Below, piece after piece: positions 9,225 to 17,639 of a DNA stretch of 64,000 nt (the stretch's first letter is position 1; the number at the start of each line of letters is the position of its first letter). The stretch spans positions 5,606-69,605 of the forward strand of contig JAFWEP010000035.1 of assembly GCA_017512885.1 (NCBI GenBank). The letters are read 5' to 3'. The DNA is from Erysipelotrichaceae bacterium. Its GTDB lineage: Bacteria > Bacillota_I > Bacilli_A > Erysipelotrichales > Erysipelotrichaceae. The notes beneath the pieces were generated by a model. That model worked only from the letters and a program-made list of their open reading frames with translations, searched no databases and was not told the origin of the DNA. The translations under genes were made by a program, and so were the position numbers.

Positions 9225-9310
9225 CCGTTTTTATTATAGCGGAAGGATCGTTTCTCTGTGTCCATAAGGAAAGGAATTCTCTTCCGAGACTTCCTTACTG
9301 CTTTAAAGGT

Positions 9311-11125
9311 TTATTCAGCTTCGAAATCGAAGTTGACCAGTACGCCGCTCTGCTGTTCGAAGAAGTCGATGCCCACCAGCATGCCTTTCTCTTCATTGTA
9401 GATCGCGATCGCTTTCGGCGAACCGGCCATATCCGGACTGACCCGGTCGAATCCCTGTGCGTTCAGCGCTTCTTCGTACTTGTTCAGGAATTCTTCAGCT
9501 TCCGCCGTCGTGGCATAGTTCTGGCTGACCGTCAGGAACAGTTTGTCATCCTTGCCGTAACGTGCTTTCTCGAAGAGGGTCAGATCACGGCAGGTGATCG
9601 GATCGTTCAGATCGATCTCCGGGAATCCGGCAGCGACCAGCATCTTCTCAGCTTCTTCTGCCGGGATATTCTTTTCGGCCCGGAACAGCATCGTGACCTT
9701 GTTGCCGGAGGGGAAGATGTAACGGAAGTTCACCCGGCCGGTATCCAGTTCATAGTATTCCGGGGTCTCTTCATCATCGGTATAGACCGGATGGAAGCCG
9801 TTATCCAGCAGAGACTGTACATACTCATCCAGATAGGTCTGCATCTTGTCCCGGTCATCGAATTCGACGTTCACATAGAGGTTGGCATCATAAGCGAAGA
9901 AGTACAGCCAGGACTCCGTCAGTTCGACCGCCCGGTCTTCAGCCAGGATAGACACGAAGTTCGTGGAGGCCGGCAGTTCCTGATAGCCCAGAGGCGTGAG
10001 CCGTTCATTGATCGTATCGAGGCCGGCATAGGTCGGGACATCATAGTACTTCCGGGCAGCCATATCGACACCGTTGTTGTATTCCAGTTCAACGGAGGTG
10101 TAGCAGTTGAAATCCTCTCTGAGCAGTCTGCGGTAGACTGTCACTTCGTTTCCGTCTTCATCGGTCTCTTTGGCTTCCTGGAACCCTTCCTGCTTCAGAA
10201 GAGCGATATACTCCTGCAGATCCTCTTCGGTCGCGTGGGAGTCACGGATATAGACCGCATCTTCCATCACGAAGTTTTCTTCATCCATCTTCATCGCATA
10301 GCTGGCGAAGCTCGGGAACGGAAGCACCTCTTTCCCTTCGGTGGTGATAAAGACGGAATTCAGGACGAACTCATCGGCATCCGTCCAGCCGGTACGGGCT
10401 TTCGGATAGACCGGAGCAGCCATCCAGGCTTCGGCAGCAGCATTTCCTTCAGCATCCCCGAGGGTAATGAGCACATCGATGTCATCGAAGGAGATCCGGG
10501 CGACCAGATCATCGTTGACGACAGCCTTCAGACGGACGATCGTGGGATCTTCGCTGTCCATCTCCATGTAGACATCTTCCATCAGCCGCAGCGCAGTCTC
10601 TCCGTAGCCGACGAAGTTCAGCAGCGTACGCTTGACCGTCTCCTCATGGGAAACGAAGGTCAGAGGGGTCTCGATCTGATTGTAGAAGAATTCAAACAGA
10701 TTGCCGTTCGAGAGAGTCAGCCAGTTGTTCGGCAGACGGGTAGAGGCCGCATCCAGGGCATTCCCCTCCCCGAGGAAACTGGCATAACCCAGATTTCCGT
10801 CTCCCAACTGGGCCTGGAAGGCTTCCTCGTTCACGCTCATGACCGCAAAGTCATGATAGAGCTCTTCGGCATAATCGAACCAGACCAGATCTTTGGAAGG
10901 TACGGAGATCTTTACGAAAGGCGATGTAACAGTATAGTCTCCGGCCTGGAGCTTCTTTACGAAGTTCTCCATGGCTTTCTCGGAGATCTCAGCAGGACTC
11001 GCTTCCGCACTCGGCTCTGCCGAGGGTTCCGCCGTCGGGGTCACCGACGGCTCCGTTTTGGAACAGGCCGTCAGGGAAAGGCAGAGAGCCGCCAGCAAAA
11101 TCAGCAAAGGTTTCAGGACCTTCAT
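9311..11125 (-). CDS. Large lipoprotein, function unknown
   Basis: Start at MKVLKPLLILLAALCLSLTAC (lipobox) behind GGAGGAG. It is acidic, with several repeated ...GF.E/P... alpha/beta-like modules. Confidence 0.65.
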   Translation of the reverse strand: MKVLKPLLILLAALCLSLTACSKTEPSVTPTAEPSAEPSAEASPAEISEKAMENFVKKLQAGDYTVTSPFVKISVPSKDLVWFDYAEELYHDFAVMSVNEEAFQAQLGDGNLGYASFLGEGNALDAASTRLPNNWLTLSNGNLFEFFYNQIETPLTFVSHEETVKRTLLNFVGYGETALRLMEDVYMEMDSEDPTIVRLKAVVNDDLVARISFDDIDVLITLGDAEGNAAAEAWMAAPVYPKARTGWTDADEFVLNSVFITTEGKEVLPFPSFASYAMKMDEENFVMEDAVYIRDSHATEEDLQEYIALLKQEGFQEAKETDEDGNEVTVYRRLLREDFNCYTSVELEYNNGVDMAARKYYDVPTYAGLDTINERLTPLGYQELPASTNFVSILAEDRAVELTESWLYFFAYDANLYVNVEFDDRDKMQTYLDEYVQSLLDNGFHPVYTDDEETPEYYELDTGRVNFRYIFPSGNKVTMLFRAEKNIPAEEAEKMLVAAGFPEIDLNDPITCRDLTLFEKARYGKDDKLFLTVSQNYATTAEAEEFLNKYEEALNAQGFDRVSPDMAGSPKAIAIYNEEKGMLVGIDFFEQQSGVLVNFDFEAE

Positions 11126-11244
11126 GCATACTCCTCCTCGTTTTCTTTTTAACAAGTTCTGCCTTTATTATACTGTATTCTTTCCAAGTTTGATCTGTGC
11201 GATAAGGACAAGCGCATCGTTCTGTCCGGAATGATGCGCTGCTT

Positions 11245-11649
11245 TCATTTTCTCTGTTCTTTCCGCAGCCGGACAACGATCAGAGCGATGAGAGAGACCA
11301 GCAGGAAGAGACCGGTATAGTTGATCGTGATATCGGTATAGGCACCGGGTGAGAGCGGATCGATGAAACTGCTCAGCCAGACCGTCAGCAGCACTAACGG
11401 CATCGTCAGGGCATAGACGATCACTGCCCGTAACAACATATTCCTTACCGGCAGATGCAGGGCCAGTTCGTAAGCCAGCACGCCGATCAGCACTACAGCA
11501 GCTCTCGTCAGTTCGTGCCAGTTGCCGTTAGGATCATGGTGTATCCCCTGCAGCAGATAACCGATACTGTTCAGGATCGTTGTCACGGTATAGATCGCGC
11601 AGTAGAGCACGGCGCCTTCTTTGACGCTTTCATTCAGGAACTTCTTCAT
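11245..11649 (-). CDS. Small 4-TM membrane protein
   Basis: Start at MKKFLNESVKEG behind AGGAGG. Four hydrophobic helices. Confidence 0.55.
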   Translation of the reverse strand: MKKFLNESVKEGAVLYCAIYTVTTILNSIGYLLQGIHHDPNGNWHELTRAAVVLIGVLAYELALHLPVRNMLLRAVIVYALTMPLVLLTVWLSSFIDPLSPGAYTDITINYTGLFLLVSLIALIVVRLRKEQRK

Positions 11650-11750
11650 CTTCTTCCTCCTTGAATGAGAACATTCTTTCCCCATTATAGTGCCGTTCCC
11701 CCTTTTCCTCACGGGAAATGAAAAGCGAAGACCACTGTCTTCGCTCCGAT

Positions 11751-12032
11751 TCATCTTCCGGCCTTTTCCTGCAGCAATCTGCAGAAGCGTTCACGTCCGA
11801 AAACGATATAACGGTAGTCCAGTCGATCGCGCATATGCAGGGTAACGGTCGGGAAACAGAAGAGCCATCCTTTCTCGAAAGAAAGGATATCCGCATACCT
11901 CATCTCGATATGGCGCAGCCTCTTCGCGACCGAGACTTTCCCGGTCCGGTAGACCAGGGCTTCTTCTTCGGCAGTGATCGCTCCCCCGAGGATCCCGTTA
12001 TAACAGAGGCTGACGATAAAGTGTCTTTTCAC
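11751..12032 (-). CDS. Small protein, possibly a bacterial PH/GRAM-like domain
   Basis: 93 aa with an ATGA overlap to the upstream gene. The pattern ...ALVYRTGKVS...IEMRYADILSFEKG... resembles YokE-type bPH domains. This assignment is weak. Confidence 0.45.
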   Translation of the reverse strand: MKRHFIVSLCYNGILGGAITAEEEALVYRTGKVSVAKRLRHIEMRYADILSFEKGWLFCFPTVTLHMRDRLDYRYIVFGRERFCRLLQEKAGR

Positions 12033-12418
12033 TTTTTCTCCCGTTCTTTCCTCTTCCGGCGGCGCTGTTCACGGTTATCTGCTTCAGAGGCAAAGACTTC
12101 CACTGCCGCGTCGGTCAGTTCTGTCGGCCACACCGTTCCGCTGATCTTCGTTTTCGCCCAGGGGCAGATCTCCTGATAGTCTTCGTCCAGGATGACCGTA
12201 TAGGGCGGTCCGCAGCGGTCATCGACAGCCATATAGAGATGCCTTCCTTTACTGATGAGACTGCTCGGCCATTCGACATCCGGATCATCCACCCGCTCAT
12301 AGATCTCTTTGGTGATCTCATAGAGATCATGGTTGGGTCCTCCGCCGATCTCAGCAGTATACCTGCCGGTCTCCGGATCGTAGCAGCAGCGCCAGCCGAT
12401 CCCTTTCTTGAATTCCAT
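12029..12418 (-). CDS. Hypothetical acidic protein with a basic tail
   Basis: 129 aa (MEFKKGIGWRCCYDPETGRYTAEIGGG...), translationally coupled to both neighbours. Confidence 0.55.
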   Translation of the reverse strand: MEFKKGIGWRCCYDPETGRYTAEIGGGPNHDLYEITKEIYERVDDPDVEWPSSLISKGRHLYMAVDDRCGPPYTVILDEDYQEICPWAKTKISGTVWPTELTDAAVEVFASEADNREQRRRKRKEREKK

Positions 12419-12420
12419 AT

Positions 12421-13038
12421 CTAGTCTCCGGAGCCGAAGGAGATCGAGACCGAACTGTCATTCTCCTGACGGGCTTCGATCATCTTCTCGAGCTGGATCA
12501 CGATCGCTACGATCACATCTTCATATTCCGGCTGATAGACCGCGATGCTGTACTTGCTGTGCAGGGAGACCATCTTCCGGCTGATGGTCGCTGCCGGTTC
12601 TCCTTTCTCATCGATCAGATTGAAAGCGAGTCCCAGGACATTGCCCCGGATCTGCCAGTCCAGACCTTCGATATTAGTGATGTCTTCCACGACATGGAAG
12701 AGCTCATTGGACAAGGTAAAATTCCTGCCGTCAGCCATCGTGATGTAGTGGATCTCATGCAGGCTGATCGGTTTCTTTTCCAGATGAGCGATCACATTGT
12801 CCCGGGCATCCATGATGTCGGTCTCTCCCTTGATCTGGATGAAACTGGACTGGGTATAATACTTTATTTCGCCTGTCTCATCAGTGACATTGATCCGCCA
12901 ATGGATATCCCCCAGATCACGGGCGGTATACAGGGTATAAAAAGGTTCTCCGTAATCGGTGACCGAGCTCTTTCCGACGCTGTCGGCAGCTTCATTCACC
13001 TGTTCAGCCAGTTCCTGCAGTTTCGATAACAGTCCCAT
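12421..13038 (-). CDS. LURP-one-related / YxjI (tubby-scramblase-like fold) family protein
   Basis: 205 aa. The C-terminal pattern WQIRGNVLGLAFNLIDEKGEPAATISRKMVSLHSKYSIAVY fits the LURP-one repeat signature. RBS AGGAGGT. Confidence 0.6.
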   Translation of the reverse strand: MGLLSKLQELAEQVNEAADSVGKSSVTDYGEPFYTLYTARDLGDIHWRINVTDETGEIKYYTQSSFIQIKGETDIMDARDNVIAHLEKKPISLHEIHYITMADGRNFTLSNELFHVVEDITNIEGLDWQIRGNVLGLAFNLIDEKGEPAATISRKMVSLHSKYSIAVYQPEYEDVIVAIVIQLEKMIEARQENDSSVSISFGSGD

Positions 13039-13094
13039 GGGTACCTCCTGTCTGCGTACGATAGGGTAATGCAGAGCTTCTCTGTCTTCATTAT

Positions 13095-13119
13095 ACAGAA
13101 ACAGGACCTTTCGGTCCTG
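13095..13119 (-). terminator. Intrinsic terminator after the XRE gene
   Basis: Minus strand reads CAGGACC-GAAA-GGTCCTG followed by TTTCTG. A TATAAT for the next operon follows. Confidence 0.65.
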
Positions 13120-13135
13120 CGGAATGTCGAAATGA

Positions 13136-13648
13136 TCAGCCCGTTCTCTTTCTGCTCAGAAAGATCCCGGCTCCGGCAGCGATCAGCAATAACGGAGCCA
13201 CCCGGACAAAGAGCCATTCAAAAGAATGGAAGGCTACGCCCAGCACAGCCGTTTCCGGATCGCTGTAGTCCCAGTTCAGATACGGACTGCCCTGCACGAA
13301 GAGGACTGCCGTGATCAGCAGGATCACCACGGCCAGAGAGATAAAAGACCAGTGGATCATCTTCCTTCGTGCCTCTTTCTTTTGAGCCAGCTGGAGGTTG
13401 ATCACTTCCAGTTTCTGTGTGATCGTCTTCAGGTCATCGGCTTCCGGCTCACTGACATTCTCTCCCAACAGAGTGCTGACCGGGGTCTCCAGCGCTTCGG
13501 AGAGAGCGATCAGCAGATCGGAATCCGGTACCGAGAGACCGTTCTCCCATTTGGAGACGGTCTGGCGCACCACGTTCAGTTTGGCAGCCAGTTCTTCCTG
13601 AGAAAGGCCTTTGGCCTTACGGATGGTCTTGATATTTTCATTCAGCAT
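13136..13648 (-). CDS. XRE-family HTH regulator with C-terminal transmembrane segments
   Basis: MLNENIKTIRKAKGLSQEELAAKLNVVRQTVSKWENG is a classic Cro/C1 HTH. Two hydrophobic helices lie in the C-terminal half. Confidence 0.8.
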   Translation of the reverse strand: MLNENIKTIRKAKGLSQEELAAKLNVVRQTVSKWENGLSVPDSDLLIALSEALETPVSTLLGENVSEPEADDLKTITQKLEVINLQLAQKKEARRKMIHWSFISLAVVILLITAVLFVQGSPYLNWDYSDPETAVLGVAFHSFEWLFVRVAPLLLIAAGAGIFLSRKRTG

Positions 13649-13775
13649 AACGAAGATCTCCTTTCGCCGTCATGATGCCTCTGCAGAGAGCGTTGCACAA
13701 GCAACGCATCCTAACATCACCCTTATTCCCTTCCCGACTATCCCTGTAGGAAGATCCGGATCTCGCTGACCGGGA

Positions 13776-14660
13776 TCAGGGCTCCGTATTCACAGGAATT
13801 GTCACTTCGCAGGCATAGTCTTTGGGCAAGGCGTCACGCGTCCCTCTCAAACGCCAGTAGTCTTTCCAGTATTCCCACCATTTTCTTGACAACGGCTCTA
13901 TTTCTTCTTCCGTATATTTTCCCTTTTTTCCTGCGATCTCTATTTCATCACCGCCAACGATAAAGCCAACTTCATCACATCGGGCACAGAGGATGTGTTT
14001 TGCGGTTGCCAGAGTTTCTGCACCTTTGAAGTCTTTGACGATGACCCGGTTTCTGTAATCATTCAGTAACGACTCGGCCTCTTTATGATCATCGAATGCC
14101 ATGTCATATGTATCGACAGTATAAAGGATCGAATCGTCATCACGGAAACGTTCATGCCAGTTTTTATCATTCAGATCATCCAGAAAGACCGCAAAGACAT
14201 GACCATAGAAGCGCACAGCCAAAACACCAGTAGTATGAGTTTCTTTTTCGGCTTTTGTTTCATCATAAAGCTGCACATCACAGAACTCCAGCTGAAGCAT
14301 ATCGTCGCCCACGTGCCAGCACCACCACGATCCTACATCAGATATGGCGTCTGCCAGTATGTTGAGCGTATCTCTGCCTGTGATGCTTTTATGAGAATCG
14401 GGCTTTGAATCGTTATAAAACACATCTGAGACAGGAACTCTGTTTGTAAATCCTGATTTAATATCATGAAAAGTAACGGAATCATTGTCCTCTATAAAAA
14501 CAGCTTCGTCATACTGCATTTCTTCAGCGTATTCAATATCATCATGTTCCTCTACAGGAACGATATCCGCTGCCGCATGATCACGTGCACGATAGTTGTC
14601 GCGCAGTTTTATTGCCAAATCAGCATATTCGGGCTTGTAAAAAATCAACGTCTTCTTCAT
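13776..14660 (-). CDS. Hypothetical acidic protein (lower-GC patch)
   Basis: 294 aa behind the RBS GGGAGGA. It is very acidic and Trp-rich (WWCWHVGDD, RKWWEYWKDYWRL). I recognise no family. Confidence 0.55.
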   Translation of the reverse strand: MKKTLIFYKPEYADLAIKLRDNYRARDHAAADIVPVEEHDDIEYAEEMQYDEAVFIEDNDSVTFHDIKSGFTNRVPVSDVFYNDSKPDSHKSITGRDTLNILADAISDVGSWWCWHVGDDMLQLEFCDVQLYDETKAEKETHTTGVLAVRFYGHVFAVFLDDLNDKNWHERFRDDDSILYTVDTYDMAFDDHKEAESLLNDYRNRVIVKDFKGAETLATAKHILCARCDEVGFIVGGDEIEIAGKKGKYTEEEIEPLSRKWWEYWKDYWRLRGTRDALPKDYACEVTIPVNTEP

Positions 14661-14683
14661 GAATCCTCCCAGGTTGGAATTTG

Positions 14684-15049
14684 TTAATCTGCAAGATAGA
14701 AGGACGGCACTAAATCGTGGCTGATGTATTTGTCACCAAGAATAAGACCCTGCTCTCTCGTTTCATGAATATAAGCTTTTATATCTTCAAGTGACCTTTC
14801 TTCAAATCCATCTTCATGAAGCCAGGTCTCGGCATACATCCATTCCTGATCATCAGGATCAGTGTATCCGCCGCTTCCGCAGGATACATGATTCATATTC
14901 TTCCTGCAGTGATCCCACCAAAGGATGGACGAAACGCGGCCACCTTCTTCATAGAGATAATCCAGGAATGCTTCCCAGTCTTTGAAAAGGTATTCCGAGC
15001 AGAAGGAATGATCCTCTATATATTTCTGTATCTCACCCAAACATTTCAT
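14684..15049 (-). CDS. Hypothetical acidic protein (lower-GC patch)
   Basis: Start reset to MKCLGEIQKY (ATG 15049-15047). It overlaps the ankyrin gene end by 17 nt. The longer track ORF would run deep into the ankyrin CDS. Confidence 0.45.
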   Translation of the reverse strand: MKCLGEIQKYIEDHSFCSEYLFKDWEAFLDYLYEEGGRVSSILWWDHCRKNMNHVSCGSGGYTDPDDQEWMYAETWLHEDGFEERSLEDIKAYIHETREQGLILGDKYISHDLVPSFYLAD

Positions 15050-15695
15050 CAAACAGGATCGAAACAGATCCTTCGCTGCAGAATTCTCTGACGGAATAAC
15101 CGAGATTCGGAGCTTTGTAAGAATCATCTGCTCCGGCGTCTTTTAATGCCTGCAGCACACTTCTGAGATCTTCGTGCAATTCCTCTGTAAAGATACGATC
15201 TTTCCCTTCACGATGTTCCGCATAATTGTATGATGGCAATATCTGCTTTGTCTGCAGTGCAAAACGGTTCAATCCTGAATTGCCATATGAATCAAGCGCG
15301 TTTACATCTGCTCCCATATCAAGCATTCGTTTCAGAACAGCGAGTGCTTCAACAGCTCTCTCTTTTGTCGAGAAAACCCGGAAGCCTGTATATTTATCAT
15401 CTGTATTCCACCTGCATGACATCACAGCACAGTTGATCGCATCATGGAGCACCGGTGTTCTCCATGTGTTGCAGCAGGTCTCATCCTCGATAAAGTTCAC
15501 ATCTGCGCCCATATCCAGTAAATAGCTGGCAATTGCGGTATTTCCTGTTTTGAGCGCGACCTGCAAAGGCGATTGTCCGTCATCCTTCTTAGGCGGCTTC
15601 TTTGCAGCACAATTTACCAGTTCAGGTTTCTTTTCAATAATTTGTCTTACCATTTCAAGGTCAGATGCTCTTATAGCAGTAAACAGTTTGTTCAT
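15033..15695 (-). CDS. Ankyrin-repeat protein
   Basis: 220 aa with repeated ...G.SPLQVALKTGNTAIASYLLDMGADVN... and ...LKRMLDMGADVNALDSYGNSGL... RBS GGAAGGTGA. Confidence 0.8.
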   Translation of the reverse strand: MNKLFTAIRASDLEMVRQIIEKKPELVNCAAKKPPKKDDGQSPLQVALKTGNTAIASYLLDMGADVNFIEDETCCNTWRTPVLHDAINCAVMSCRWNTDDKYTGFRVFSTKERAVEALAVLKRMLDMGADVNALDSYGNSGLNRFALQTKQILPSYNYAEHREGKDRIFTEELHEDLRSVLQALKDAGADDSYKAPNLGYSVREFCSEGSVSILFDEMFG

Positions 15696-15701
15696 GTCGT
15701 T

Positions 15702-15893
15702 TCACCTTCCTGAATTATGCTTTATTTTTTCTCCGGCAATTTCACAGATCATATCAAACTCTTTTTTTATAATGTCCGCACAGGCAGGGAAGTCCTGGCG
15801 CATTACTTTCCTTATCATTTTTTCTCTTCCAGCCACTCTGCCGTCATAATCAAACGGGAATTTGTCAGCATTACCTATGCAATATCGATCCAA
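15702..15893 (-). CDS. Small ORF, possibly a remnant of a GNAT N-terminus
   Basis: 63 aa. The internal MIRKVMRQDFPACADIIKKEF resembles a GNAT N-terminal strand-helix. It overlaps the end of the next gene by 19 nt, so the coding status is doubtful. Confidence 0.25.
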   Translation of the reverse strand: MDRYCIGNADKFPFDYDGRVAGREKMIRKVMRQDFPACADIIKKEFDMICEIAGEKIKHNSGR

Positions 15894-16336
15894 ATGCCTG
15901 TATCATGCATTGACGCATTTTCTACGCTTTTATAAAAACTTTGTGCTTCATTGTTATTCGCCATCAATGCGATCAGCACTCCCACACCCAGCTCCTTGCA
16001 CCTCTTTCTTAAGGCGCTCAACAAGGCATGTGCAACTTTATGATGTCGTTCGCTTTTCAATACACAGATCCAGTCCATATATGCGCTAAAGCAGGACGCA
16101 TCACTTCTGCTGCTGATAAGCGAGGCATCAATTCTGCCAATCACTTTATCATCTTGCACAGCGATAAATGATATTGCATTTCTGAATCGGTCATCCTCAA
16201 AGCTCTGTTCCAGAAGCTTTCTGTATGTTGGATCCGGTTCCCAGTAATATGTATCCGGTTCCTGTTTTCTCAACTCACGTTCAAAAGCGATCACGCTGTC
16301 GATGTCATCTTTCTCAAATTCTTTTACCTTGAACAT
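15875..16336 (-). CDS. GNAT-family N-acetyltransferase
   Basis: Start reset to MFKVKEFEKDD (ATG 16336-16334). It has a GNAT core (...FIAVQDDKVIGRID...HHKVAHALLSALRKRCKELG...). A TATAAT lies at 16378-16373. Confidence 0.75.
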   Translation of the reverse strand: MFKVKEFEKDDIDSVIAFERELRKQEPDTYYWEPDPTYRKLLEQSFEDDRFRNAISFIAVQDDKVIGRIDASLISSRSDASCFSAYMDWICVLKSERHHKVAHALLSALRKRCKELGVGVLIALMANNNEAQSFYKSVENASMHDTGIWIDIA

Positions 16337-16379
16337 GTTGATCTCTCCAAATCCCGACTTCTCTCTGTATGAATTATAC

Positions 16380-16404
16380 AAAAACAGGACCATTACAGTC
16401 CTGT
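16380..16404 (-). terminator. Intrinsic terminator of ssrA
   Basis: Minus strand reads ACAGGAC-TGTAATG-GTCCTGT-TTTT, 10 nt after the tmRNA CCA end. Confidence 0.8.
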
Positions 16405-16414
16405 CTGTTTTCAT

Positions 16415-16763
16415 TGGTGGAGCTGACGGGAATCGAACCCGTGTCCAAAATGCGCCCCACATCCCCACATCTACAGTTTATTCCGAATTTGTTGTAAGAC
16501 GACCTATTTAGCCCGGACTGCCATAAGCCGAATCTGCCTTTTCGGTTTTCGGTAGACGAGATACAGGCTAACTCGTTTTCCCTAGTTCGTACCTACGATC
16601 GGAAGCTACGAACCTTACTTCCGAAAGCTGCTTAGAGCCTATGTCGGCTAACGTTTAAGCAAATGCTAATTCAGTGTTGTCGTTTCTTTTGTTTTGGTGA
16701 TTAGGTCACCGCTCCACTGCCGTTGGGATCCAGCAACATCCTGTCGAGACCAAGTACAGCCCC
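16415..16763 (-). ncRNA. ssrA: tmRNA (transfer-messenger RNA)
   Basis: The 5' end is GGGGCUGUACUUGGUCUCGACAGG. The 3' end is ACGGGUUCGAUUCCCGUCAGCUCCACCA, a tRNA-Ala-like acceptor/T-arm. The internal tag frame reads ...AAC GAC AAC ACU GAA UUA GCA UUU GCU UAA (..NDNTELAFA-stop, stop at 16657-16655). It lies next to smpB. Confidence 0.95.
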
Positions 16764-16774
16764 ATGTGTAATTA

Positions 16775-16803
16775 GTTTTACTATCTTTGCCCCGAAAAGT
16801 CAA
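16775..16803 (-). promoter_or_regulatory. Candidate ssrA promoter
   Basis: Minus strand TTGACT (16803-16798), N17, then TAAAAC (16780-16775), 11 nt upstream of the mature 5' end. Confidence 0.45.
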
Positions 16804-16824
16804 ACCCTGTGCTATGCTCAGGGT

Positions 16825-17184
16825 ATGCAGACCATCGAAGAAGCCCTGAACAGACTGGAAAGATCGAAGTTCCGTTCTTCCTTTCATCTGAAAGAAAAAG
16901 ACCGGGAATATATCGACCGGGTCGGCATGGAGACCATTGAAAGACACTGCCGGGACTTCGTCCGGCAGAAGCTCTCTGCCGCCCATCCCGAGAATGACGG
17001 CAAACAGACACCGATGAAGGGCCACCCCGTCTTCATTGCCCAGCATGCGACCGCCTGCTGCTGCCGCGGCTGTCTGCAGAAATGGTATAGAGTACCGCAG
17101 GGCACGGAACTGAACGAAGTCCAGCAGGAGAAGATCGTACACCTGCTGATGGCCTGGATCGAACGGGAAAGAAAAAGGGGCTAA
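16825..17184 (+). CDS. DUF4186-family protein
   Basis: Start reset to MQTIEEALNRL, because the track start overlaps ssrA. The motif HPVFIAQHATACCCRGCLQKWY is characteristic of DUF4186. Confidence 0.75.
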   Translation: MQTIEEALNRLERSKFRSSFHLKEKDREYIDRVGMETIERHCRDFVRQKLSAAHPENDGKQTPMKGHPVFIAQHATACCCRGCLQKWYRVPQGTELNEVQQEKIVHLLMAWIERERKRG

Positions 17185-17192
17185 GCTCCTCT

Positions 17193-17639
17193 TTAGTATT
17201 TCATCGCTTTTTCCGCTTCCCGTTTCATGGTCCGGATGCGGGCATCCTCACGTTTGTCGTAGAGCAGTTTGCCGCGGGCCAGGGCGATCTCGACCTTGGC
17301 CAGACCTTCCTTCAGGTAGATCCGTAAGGGGATCAGGGTATAGCCCTGCAGTTTGGCCTTGTTCTGGAGCTTGCGCAGCTCCTGTTTATGCAGCAGCAGC
17401 TTGCGGTCGCGGTCTTCCTCATGATTGTGGCGGTTGCCGAAATCATAAGCGGAGATATGCAGCCCTTTCAGCCAGGCTTCCCCGTTGCGGAAGGAGACAT
17501 AGGTATCCTGAAAGGAAGCTTTGCCGGCACGCAGAGACTTGATCTCCGTTCCGCGCAGGACCAGACCGGCTTCGTACTTTTCATCGATGAAATAGTCGTG
17601 ATAGGCTTTGCGGTTAACACTGACGTCTTTTACGGCCAT
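17193..17639 (-). CDS. smpB: SsrA-binding protein SmpB
   Basis: 148 aa: NRKAYHDYFIDEKYEAGLVLRGTEIKSLR...LLLHKQELRKL...GYTLIPLRIY. Confidence 0.95.
   Translation of the reverse strand: MAVKDVSVNRKAYHDYFIDEKYEAGLVLRGTEIKSLRAGKASFQDTYVSFRNGEAWLKGLHISAYDFGNRHNHEEDRDRKLLLHKQELRKLQNKAKLQGYTLIPLRIYLKEGLAKVEIALARGKLLYDKREDARIRTMKREAEKAMKY

Noticed and set aside
13765-13786. GCTGACCGGGATCAGGGCTCCG at the left edge of the lower-GC patch resembles the ssrA 3' end (GCTGACGGGAATCGAACCCGTG), so it could be a relic att repeat.
   Set aside because: Only about 60% identity, with two gaps over about 25 nt of GC-rich sequence. That is compatible with chance. It is worth an alignment check but not reportable as an att site.
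16337-16468. N-terminal extension of the GNAT ORF (MGMWGAFWTRVRFPSAPP...) reaching into 16415-16468.
   Set aside because: That stretch is the translated 3' tRNA-like end and terminator of ssrA. A proper ATG with an RBS and a TATAAT lies at 16336.
16723-16824. Upstream start of the DUF4186 ORF, overlapping the 5' end of ssrA.
   Set aside because: It overlaps the tmRNA and its promoter on the opposite strand. The conserved DUF4186 sequence begins at MQTIEEAL (16825).
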